From Minisyncoccota bacterium (GTDB taxonomy: Bacteria; Patescibacteriota; Minisyncoccia; Phycocordibacterales; CALRHW01), in contig JAXLZT010000002.1 in NCBI GenBank assembly GCA_046350795.1, positions 24,293 to 88,292 on the forward strand: 64,000 bases of DNA. Reading direction: 5' to 3'. Position 1 is the stretch's first letter, and every line of letters begins with the position of its first letter. Shown one piece after another: positions 27,792 to 35,849 of this stretch. The position numbers and the translations under genes are program-made. The notes beneath the pieces were generated by a model. The model was not told where the DNA came from. It saw nothing but the letters and a program-made list of their open reading frames with translations, and did not search any database.

Positions 27792-29915
27792 CTAATCCCA
27801 ATCTTGTATCATCAAAAGATCTGTCTTTTCACATGGCATGTGTGACCAAATCTCTTCTGTAATAAATGGCATGAAAGGGTGGAGGGTTATCAAAGATTTT
27901 CTAAGTATTTCAAGAAGGGTATTTTGTCTAGAAAGTTTTGATTCTAAGTCTGAGCCAGATAATATCGGTTTACTTTCTTCTAGTATGACGTCTGCAAAAC
28001 GGTTCCATATATAGTGGTAGATTTTTTCTGATGCTAAATGAAAGCGGAATTCATCAAAATCACTTGTGATTTCTTTTAGAATATCTGAAAGTTCACGCAA
28101 CAATTCTTTGTCTTTTTCTGTCGTGATATTTTTTGTGTCTAAAGTAATACCTTCTGTATTTGAAAATACAAAGCGTGAAATATTCCAAACCTTGTTTGCA
28201 AAGTTTTTGTAGCCCTTTATTTTATTTTCATCGAGTGACGTATCTGAGCCCGGAGGGTTGGCTACCACAAGAGCCATGCGCAGTGCATCTGTGCCGTATT
28301 TTGCAGTCATATCGAGCGGATTGATGACGTTTCCTTTACTCTTACTCATCTTTTTGCCCTTTGAGTCGTTTACAAGCCCGTGCATGTAAACGTTTTTAAA
28401 AGGCACATCGCCGGCTAGATATAGGCCAAAGATAACCATACGAGGAATCCATTTAAAAATGAGATCGTAGCCAGACTCCATTACGTCAGTAGGGTAGAAG
28501 GCCTTGAAATCTTTTCCTTCTGGAAAATCGAGTGTCAAAAGTGGCCACTGACCAGAAGAAAACCAAGTATCAAAAGTGTCTGTGTCTTGCACAGCTTCAC
28601 CATCACACTTTGGACATTTGGATACGGTATTTTTAAGATCAGGAAAACCATGCCCGCATTTTGTGCAGATTTTTGCGGGTATTTGTATACCCCAAACTAT
28701 CTGACGGGAAATATTCCAGTCTATTGTGTTTTGCATCCAGTAGGTAAATATTTTTTTGTAGTTGTCAGAGTAAAAAGTAATACGACCATCTTCTACTGCT
28801 TGTAGGGCTTTGTCTGCAAGAGGTTTCATTTTTACATACCATTGTGGTAGCTGGCGGGGCTCTATGGTCGTGTTGCATTTATAGCAAGTCGGTACTGGAT
28901 GCACGTAGTCTTCTACTTTTTCTATGAGACCCATAGACTCGAGATCGGCTACGACTTGTTTGCGAGCCTCTGCTATTTTTATGCCAGCGTATTTACCAGT
29001 CTTTTCATTTAGCTTGCCCAGCTTGTCTATGACTTCTACAGATGGCAGACCATGTCGCTCCGCCAGCTCAAAATCATTTTTATCATGGGCTGGTGTGATT
29101 TTTAGCGCACCAGTACCAAAATCTTTTTCTACCATTTCATCGCCGACGACACGTAGGGTCATTTCACCGATAGGTGTCTCCACCACGATATCTGTGCCGA
29201 TGAGCTTTTTGTATCTTTTGTCTGTTGGATTGACCGCTACAGCCACGTCACCAAACATAGTCTCTGGACGCACAGTCGCTACGGTGAGCGGTCCGTACTT
29301 TATATAGTAAAGTTTGTCAGACATTTCTTTTGTTTCTGTCTCTACATCTGAAAGGGAAGTCTGATGCTTTGTACACCAGTTGACCATTCTATTGCCACGG
29401 TACACGAGACCGTCGTCGTACATTTTTTTAAATGTCTCGCCCACTTTTTTTATGACCTCTGGATCAAGAGTAAATTTTTCGCGAGACCAGTCACATGACG
29501 CACCCATAGATCGCACCTGATTTTCCATCGTCGCTTTGTTGGCAATAGTAAAGTCGTAGATCTCTTTGTATAGGTCCTGTGGGTCCATCTTGAAACGAGA
29601 GCGACCCTCTTTCTCTAGCTTTTTTTCATATACTATCTGTGTCTCAAAGCCTGCATGATCTGCGCCAGGTATCCAGAGAGCGCGATATCCTCGCATTCTT
29701 TTGTAGCGGGTCATGATGTCCTCTAGGGTAATGAAAAGAGAATGGCCTACGTGCAGGTCGCCGTTGGCATTTGGTGGAGGCATGATGATGGTAAAAGGAT
29801 CTTTGTGTCGAGCGGGTAAATTGTCGGGATTGAAAAAACCAGAGCTTTCCCACTCTTTATATATCCGTCCTTCTGTCGACTGCGGGTCGTAAGGTTTTGT
29901 AAATTTGTCGTCCAT
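27792..29915 (-). CDS. valS: Valine--tRNA ligase, short form
   Basis: PPPNANGDLHVGH, WNISRQ, DTWFSS, KMSKSKGN. Start MDDKF follows TGCTATAAT. Confidence 0.96.
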   Translation of the reverse strand: MDDKFTKPYDPQSTEGRIYKEWESSGFFNPDNLPARHKDPFTIIMPPPNANGDLHVGHSLFITLEDIMTRYKRMRGYRALWIPGADHAGFETQIVYEKKLEKEGRSRFKMDPQDLYKEIYDFTIANKATMENQVRSMGASCDWSREKFTLDPEVIKKVGETFKKMYDDGLVYRGNRMVNWCTKHQTSLSDVETETKEMSDKLYYIKYGPLTVATVRPETMFGDVAVAVNPTDKRYKKLIGTDIVVETPIGEMTLRVVGDEMVEKDFGTGALKITPAHDKNDFELAERHGLPSVEVIDKLGKLNEKTGKYAGIKIAEARKQVVADLESMGLIEKVEDYVHPVPTCYKCNTTIEPRQLPQWYVKMKPLADKALQAVEDGRITFYSDNYKKIFTYWMQNTIDWNISRQIVWGIQIPAKICTKCGHGFPDLKNTVSKCPKCDGEAVQDTDTFDTWFSSGQWPLLTLDFPEGKDFKAFYPTDVMESGYDLIFKWIPRMVIFGLYLAGDVPFKNVYMHGLVNDSKGKKMSKSKGNVINPLDMTAKYGTDALRMALVVANPPGSDTSLDENKIKGYKNFANKVWNISRFVFSNTEGITLDTKNITTEKDKELLRELSDILKEITSDFDEFRFHLASEKIYHYIWNRFADVILEESKPILSGSDLESKLSRQNTLLEILRKSLITLHPFMPFITEEIWSHMPCEKTDLLMIQDWD

Positions 29916-29960
29916 TTTGGGTATTATAGCAAATAAATGGGGATTTAATATAATAGAGGT

Positions 29961-30335
29961 ATGAATAATGGAACAGAGAGATTTTCTATAGAAAAGAGGG
30001 TAAAAAGTGTGGGTCACGCTTGGCGTGGGCTGAGGCTATTTTTTAAAACGACACATAATGCTTGGGTGCATGTTTTTCTATGTCTGATTTCTTTTGGGGC
30101 TGGCTTTTATTTTCAAGTAACATCAGTAGAATGGCTGGCACTTGTGATTGTAGCAGGACTTTTGTTTACAGCCGAAGCTTTCAATACTGCCATCGAAATA
30201 GACATGGATCTGACTTCTCCTGATTTTCATCCCCATGCAAGAGATACAAAAGACGTTGCTGCTGGCGCCGTGCTCATATCCGGCATACTAATGATCCTCA
30301 TAAATATTCTTGTTTTTGCTACAAAAATACAGTAA
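29961..30335 (+). CDS. dgkA: Diacylglycerol/undecaprenol kinase (DgkA family)
   Basis: EAFNTAIE...KDVAAGAVL. Confidence 0.9.
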   Translation: MNNGTERFSIEKRVKSVGHAWRGLRLFFKTTHNAWVHVFLCLISFGAGFYFQVTSVEWLALVIVAGLLFTAEAFNTAIEIDMDLTSPDFHPHARDTKDVAAGAVLISGILMILINILVFATKIQ

Positions 30336-30345
30336 TCTCAAGTCT

Positions 30346-31848
30346 ATGTCTAAACCCGGAAGCAAAGAAGATGTAGTTTTGCGCTTTGAGGAAGTGAGCT
30401 TTGATTATGGGCACAACAAGCCGATACTCGATGAAGTAGATTGTTCGGTTCGTCGTGGTAGCAAGATTACAATAATGGGACAAAATGGCGCTGGCAAAAG
30501 CACCATTTTTCAACTTATCACCAAAGAGCTCAAGCCTGCGAGCGGAAAAATAATCGTCTCAAATGGAATGACTATAGCTACAGCGCATCAGGTCATACCT
30601 CGCGATGAGTTAGAGCTATCTGTGCGAGATTTTTTTCTCAAAGCTTTTGAGGATGCCGTAAAGGCCGGTTTGCGAAAAGGTAGTGGAAAAATATATGATA
30701 TCGATCCTAAAATAGATGCGGTGCTAGAAGTGGTCAATCTGCATGCTCCACACGATAGGCTTATAAAATCTTTTTCTGGTGGTCAGCAGGCGCGTCTACT
30801 ACTTGCTGCAGCTTTGATACAAGATCCAGATATTTTACTCCTCGATGAGCCTACAAACAATCTAGATAAGGCCGGTATAGAACATTTGACTCAGTTTCTC
30901 ATTTCATATGATAAGACGGTGATAGTGATCTCCCATGATGCGGATTTCCTCAATGCTTTTACAGATGGTGTCCTTTACCTCAATGTGTTTACAAAAAAGA
31001 TAGAGCAGTATGTCGGCAACTATTTTGACGTAGTAGCTCAAATCACAGCACGTGTAGAAAAAGAAAACAGAAAAAACGCTCAGCTGGCAAAAGAGATTCA
31101 GGCCAACAAAGACAAAGCCAACTTTTTCTCAAATAAAGGAGGACAAATGCGACTCGTAGCTCGTAGAATGCGCGATAAAGCAGAAGAGCTGGAGGAGGAA
31201 ATGGTAGATATCAGACGCGAAGATAAAGTCATCCGCTCTTTTCGCATACCACATCAGCCAGAGCTTGTGGGTGATATTTTAAATATATCTTCTTTTGGCA
31301 CAATCAATCTAAAAACTCATAAGCCACTTCGTCGAAAGACAAAAATAACCTTGCGACGCAATAAGCATCTTTTGCTCAAGGGCCCAAATGGAATCGGTAA
31401 GAGTACTTTGCTCGAGGCCATAGCAAATGGCACAGAAGAGGGTACTACAATATCAGAGGGTGTGCGAGTGGGATATTATAGACAAGATTTTTCTACGCTT
31501 GATTTCAACCAAACTGTGTATGACTCATTACTTTCTGTGATGGATAAACACATAGAAGAGACAATGCGATCTGTAGCGGCTGGATTTTTGATTACAGCAG
31601 ATATGATTCATACAAAAATAGGGGATTTGTCCGAGGGGCAAAAAGGACTCGTGGCTTTTGCGCGACTGGTACTACAAAAGCCTGGGCTTTTGATTCTCGA
31701 TGAGCCGACCAATCATATAAACTTTCGACATTTGCCGGTGATAGCTGAGGCGCTAGATAAATACGAGGGCGCGATGGTGCTAGTGAGTCACGTGCCGGAT
31801 TTTGTAAAGAAGATAAGAATAGATGAAGTGTTGGATCTAGAAAAATAA
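30346..31848 (+). CDS. ABC-F family ATP-binding protein
   Basis: Two ABC cassettes (GQNGAGKS/FSGGQ/DEPTN and GPNGIGKS/LSEGQ/DEPTN), no TM segments. Confidence 0.93.
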   Translation: MSKPGSKEDVVLRFEEVSFDYGHNKPILDEVDCSVRRGSKITIMGQNGAGKSTIFQLITKELKPASGKIIVSNGMTIATAHQVIPRDELELSVRDFFLKAFEDAVKAGLRKGSGKIYDIDPKIDAVLEVVNLHAPHDRLIKSFSGGQQARLLLAAALIQDPDILLLDEPTNNLDKAGIEHLTQFLISYDKTVIVISHDADFLNAFTDGVLYLNVFTKKIEQYVGNYFDVVAQITARVEKENRKNAQLAKEIQANKDKANFFSNKGGQMRLVARRMRDKAEELEEEMVDIRREDKVIRSFRIPHQPELVGDILNISSFGTINLKTHKPLRRKTKITLRRNKHLLLKGPNGIGKSTLLEAIANGTEEGTTISEGVRVGYYRQDFSTLDFNQTVYDSLLSVMDKHIEETMRSVAAGFLITADMIHTKIGDLSEGQKGLVAFARLVLQKPGLLILDEPTNHINFRHLPVIAEALDKYEGAMVLVSHVPDFVKKIRIDEVLDLEK

Positions 31849-31854
31849 AATACA

Positions 31855-31955
31855 AAACAAAGTATCTAAAAAGGGTACGGACTTTTTGAAGCTTCAAAAA
31901 GTCCTGAAGCGTTCGCGCCGTCGCGCTCACGACCCCCTTTTTAGATACTTTGTTT
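31855..31955. repeat. Structured intergenic repeat, copy 1
   Basis: Outer stem aaacaaagtatctaaaaaggg/ccctttttagatactttgttt enclosing ggactttttgaagcttcaaaaagtcc-tgaa; homologous to 43503-43627. Confidence 0.8.
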
Positions 31956-31962
31956 ATCTGTC

Positions 31963-33261
31963 CTATTTTTCTAAAACCTTAGCAGCGTTCGAACCAGCCA
32001 CAAAACCAGTTGTCCAGCATAGTTGCAAGCTATATCCTCCAGAAGGTCTGTCTATATTTAAAACATCTCCTACAAGATAAAGATTTGAGAAAATGCGTGA
32101 TTGCATTGTTTTAAAATCAACTTCATCTAGTACGACTCCGCCGTTTGTAATAATTGCTTTGTCTGTTCCTAGGAGTGTATCTACGTTGAGTTTTAGGCCT
32201 TTTAAAAGGTTTATAAGACGCATTCTTTCTTCTCTCGTTATGCTGTTGCATTGTATATCTGGATCTATGCCGGAAAAATCTACAATTACTGAAGCTATGG
32301 CAGATGGCAGTAATTTATTTAAAGAGTTTTTGAACTTTTTGTTTGAATTTTCTTTAAAGATTTCTTGAAGTGTTGTGTTTAGTTGTCCGTGGTCTAGGCT
32401 TGGTATTAAATCTAGCGAAATCACAACTTCGCCGTATTTTAAGAGTTCACCAATCTCGCTACTCATGTTTAATATAGCCGGTCCACTTAGTCCGACGTGT
32501 GTGAAAAGTATCTTTCCTTTGTGAACAGCTTGTCTTTCTCCATTTTGGAAAGTCGTTATTTTTGCATTAGGCAAACTCACTCCAGCTATTCTAGAAATCC
32601 ATTTGTCTTTTACGGCTATTGGTACGAGAGACGGAGTTGGATTTATTATTGTATGTCCTATTTTTTTAAGCCATTTATATCCATCTCCGGTAGAACCAGT
32701 TTCTGGACGGGAAGTGCCTCCGGTCGCGATCACTATATTTTTGCCATATATCACATCTCCGCTCTTTGTTTTTACGCCGACAATTTTCTCTAAAGCGCCG
32801 GCGAGATTTTTCTTTACCGCCAGCACCTCTTTGTCCAGGACTATCTCTGTGACGGGGGAGTTGGAGAGCACTTTGACGTCGCCGGCGCGAACATAATCTA
32901 CCAGCACATCCCAGACAGATTGAGCACTATCACTTACAGGGAAAACACGCCCTTCATTTTCCACTTTTGTATCCATTTTTCTTATATGGAAAAAATCTAG
33001 AGTTTTTTCTACATCCCATTGTGAGAAAGCAGAAAACAAAAACTTTGCATTGTCTTTATATTTTTCTAAAAACTTTCTGACGTTTAGTTGTGCGTTTGTA
33101 ACATTACATCTGCCGCCTCCTGTAATCAGAAGTTTTTTGCCTAGAGAGTCATTTTTTTCAATCAACAATACCTTTGCACCAAGCTCTCCTGCACGCCCAG
33201 CTGTCATCATTCCAGCGGGTCCACCACCTACTACTATGACATCCCACTGTTTACTTTCCAT
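31963..33261 (-). CDS. HI0933/YhiN/BaiN family flavoprotein
   Basis: GGGPAG, GKKLLITGGGRCNVTN, TGSTGDG, GGYSLQ. Confidence 0.92.
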   Translation of the reverse strand: MESKQWDVIVVGGGPAGMMTAGRAGELGAKVLLIEKNDSLGKKLLITGGGRCNVTNAQLNVRKFLEKYKDNAKFLFSAFSQWDVEKTLDFFHIRKMDTKVENEGRVFPVSDSAQSVWDVLVDYVRAGDVKVLSNSPVTEIVLDKEVLAVKKNLAGALEKIVGVKTKSGDVIYGKNIVIATGGTSRPETGSTGDGYKWLKKIGHTIINPTPSLVPIAVKDKWISRIAGVSLPNAKITTFQNGERQAVHKGKILFTHVGLSGPAILNMSSEIGELLKYGEVVISLDLIPSLDHGQLNTTLQEIFKENSNKKFKNSLNKLLPSAIASVIVDFSGIDPDIQCNSITREERMRLINLLKGLKLNVDTLLGTDKAIITNGGVVLDEVDFKTMQSRIFSNLYLVGDVLNIDRPSGGYSLQLCWTTGFVAGSNAAKVLEK

Positions 33262-33265
33262 ATTT

Positions 33266-34966
33266 TCAGCCTATATCTTTTATTTTCTTTGCTAAGTATC
33301 TTTCTCCGCCCTCCATTTCTTCTGAAAGTTCTACGAATATTTTGTATTCTTCCTCTGTAAGCTCTCTCTTTGAGCTAGCTTTTTCAAGCATCTTTAGGTA
33401 TCGTCTCAAGTCTTTTTTGAGTAATTCAAATACTGCATGCATCTCTTGTTCTGTTTCTGTCTTATCTTTTTCCATCTCACGCTTTAGGTTGTGTGATTTT
33501 CTGATGATGAATAGTATTAATAGGATAAATAGAAGTATCAATACCAGAACAGTTATACCTATTGAGATTATTTGTATTGTTTTTGTACCAAACCACACCG
33601 CCTTTGTTTCCCTTACATTTACAAAGACTTTCTCTGAAGGATCGCTTTTTACTTTGTCTGTTCTTATTGTTTCTGCCCACACTGATACATTACCGATGTT
33701 TCTTATTGGTTCTGTATTAAATGAGAATATGCCATCAGGATTGGATTTTACTGTGTAGCTTTTAGCTTCAAGTCCTTCTTCTTTTATCCATACGACTATA
33801 TCTGACTCTCCGTAGAATGATTTTCCTTGGACTTCAAATTTTGAGTCTACCTGTATGAATTCTGGGTAAGTAGTGATTTTTGGTATCTTTGTGACAGGTG
33901 AGTTTATAGAAACTGTTGATTCTGTGTTGTTGCCAGCCTTATCAAACACTTTTACAGTAATATCTTTTCTTCCTGAAGGTAGAGGAGATAAGATTATTTC
34001 TTGTTCAGAATCAGACTCAACATTTGCTTCTGCTATTTTTTCTTCTCCTAAATATACTTCGTATTTAGATACTCCAGATAGTGCATCTTTTGCAGATACT
34101 GAAAGAGAAATTGTGTCTTCTTCTGTAGTTTTTGAGTATATATTTAGATCTGTTGGTTTTGTAAGATCTATTTGTATTTTTCTACTTGCTATAGGTCCAA
34201 ATCCAGATGAGTTTCTAAATCTAGCGTTTATGAATAGTTTTCCTTCCGGTAGATTTTCAAGGGTCTTTGTCTTTATTGCTGGCTGATAATTTACGTACGG
34301 TACTGTGTCAGAGAATTTACTCAATACGAGCTGAACAGCTAATACTCCAGAAGGTATATCCCAAGTAAAGTTTCCAGATGTTGTGTTGTACCAAGAATCA
34401 GCGTTAGGCATATCTGGAGAGGTTATATTTGGAGCTTTCGGTAGTGAAACAGGGGTTGTTGGTGTCACAGGCACAGTCACGGGTGTTCCAGAGACTGTTA
34501 TAGAGCCACCTCTGGCTTGTGAAAATACATTTGTTCCTTTTCCATCATTTGCTCTAATTGCAGATGAGCCAAAAGATAAGCTAGCAACACCTGCTTTTTT
34601 TGCTCTAAAGTTTACTTTTAATATATTTCCAGTCTGTCCAGAATATCCAGGATTGGGTACGCCACCATTGAAAGATACTATTCCGCTTGTGTTGGAAAAT
34701 GTTGGTTGTTCAATCCACATTGTCATGACTGAGCCAGCTGTGGTGACAGAATCAACACTCAATGTATCAGCAGGGAAGAATAGACTTCCTTCTGCGTTGT
34801 TTACTTTTACTTCGTCAGTCGATATGTATACGGTTGCTGTAAAAGTACCATTTATTGATACTTGGGATTTGTCCAATACCAAGTACATATCTGCTGCACT
34901 CGCTATTGATGGAAGGATAAAAGATAGGCAGAGTATTATTGCATAGATAAATATTTTCCTTTTCAT
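33266..34966 (-). CDS. Cohesin-domain surface protein with Ig-like stalk, C-terminal TM helix and cytoplasmic coiled coil
   Basis: Signal peptide; VNNAEGSL...WIEQP...FNGGVPNPGYSG...ANDGKGT cohesin-like domain. Confidence 0.7.
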   Translation of the reverse strand: MKRKIFIYAIILCLSFILPSIASAADMYLVLDKSQVSINGTFTATVYISTDEVKVNNAEGSLFFPADTLSVDSVTTAGSVMTMWIEQPTFSNTSGIVSFNGGVPNPGYSGQTGNILKVNFRAKKAGVASLSFGSSAIRANDGKGTNVFSQARGGSITVSGTPVTVPVTPTTPVSLPKAPNITSPDMPNADSWYNTTSGNFTWDIPSGVLAVQLVLSKFSDTVPYVNYQPAIKTKTLENLPEGKLFINARFRNSSGFGPIASRKIQIDLTKPTDLNIYSKTTEEDTISLSVSAKDALSGVSKYEVYLGEEKIAEANVESDSEQEIILSPLPSGRKDITVKVFDKAGNNTESTVSINSPVTKIPKITTYPEFIQVDSKFEVQGKSFYGESDIVVWIKEEGLEAKSYTVKSNPDGIFSFNTEPIRNIGNVSVWAETIRTDKVKSDPSEKVFVNVRETKAVWFGTKTIQIISIGITVLVLILLFILLILFIIRKSHNLKREMEKDKTETEQEMHAVFELLKKDLRRYLKMLEKASSKRELTEEEYKIFVELSEEMEGGERYLAKKIKDIG

Positions 34967-35839
34967 TTATTTATTTTTGTAGAATTTCCAAAATCCAAAA
35001 AATACTATCAATATAAATATGATTATACTAATAATTTTCATCCAAGGCTTGCTGTTTTGTGGATTAAAGGTTGATGTCCTTTCGTTACCCGCATTATCTA
35101 TTGCTTTTACTGTAATAAGACTAGAGAGACTCTGGTCTTGTAAAACATAAGGACTTCCTGATCTCACTGGTGCGCGATTTCCTTCTGTTATTTCGTATCT
35201 GTTTATTCCAGAGTCGTTATCTGTAGTAAAGAAACTGATAAAATATTTACCATCAAATAGAGAATGGGTGCTTCCAAAATCTATATTAAATTTATTTGGT
35301 GGAGTTTTATCGTTATTTGTGAGCGACACGAGTTCATTTTCGTTTGTTCCTGATATTTGCACTGGTATTTGAATAGAGTCACCTGAAACTGCGGTTTTTG
35401 TACCTTTACCGTCATTTAGAAATGCTGTTGCATTTACTAGGTTTATTTTTATTGGCTCTGTGTTTGTTGGTTTTACTGCTATTGTGAAAAGTCTCAGAGA
35501 TTTTCCATATACTCCAGCTGTGGTACCACCAACGAAAGATATTTTGTCGCTATTAATATCTAGTGATGGTTTTCTTGGCCATAAGTCAAAGATTGATCCA
35601 CCTGTATTTATAGAAACCACATCTTTTGGTGTACTAAACTTTATTTCACCTTCTATTGCGTTTATTTCTTCGGCCGTATCAAGCATTACTTTTATGATAC
35701 TTGTGTTGCCAACGCTGATTGGTTTTTCTGGTAGGTCAACAAATATTTTTGCTGCATTTGCATAAGAGGGTATTGCAAATACGAAAAGTAATGTTATGGC
35801 TATGCGCGCGGTGATCTTTTGTAAAAGTTTTTTATTCAT
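34967..35839 (-). CDS. Cohesin-domain surface protein with C-terminal TM anchor
   Basis: INAIEGEI...GSIFDLWPRKP...FVGG...LNDGKGT; paralogous N-terminal domain to the 33266 gene. Confidence 0.7.
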   Translation of the reverse strand: MNKKLLQKITARIAITLLFVFAIPSYANAAKIFVDLPEKPISVGNTSIIKVMLDTAEEINAIEGEIKFSTPKDVVSINTGGSIFDLWPRKPSLDINSDKISFVGGTTAGVYGKSLRLFTIAVKPTNTEPIKINLVNATAFLNDGKGTKTAVSGDSIQIPVQISGTNENELVSLTNNDKTPPNKFNIDFGSTHSLFDGKYFISFFTTDNDSGINRYEITEGNRAPVRSGSPYVLQDQSLSSLITVKAIDNAGNERTSTFNPQNSKPWMKIISIIIFILIVFFGFWKFYKNK

Positions 35840-35849
35840 GATTTTCAAT

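Noticed and set aside
29916-30017. ORF-track N-terminal extension of valS (likewise the longer starts at 10647, 23538, 35902, 38519, 44419, 49618, 59510, 59957)
   Set aside because: The extensions overlap neighbouring genes, promoters or the riboswitch; downstream ATGs fit family N-termini and -10 spacing.
31870-31935. Hammerhead ribozyme
   Set aside because: CUGA is present, but CUGAnGA and GAAA-stem-UH cannot be placed in both copies.
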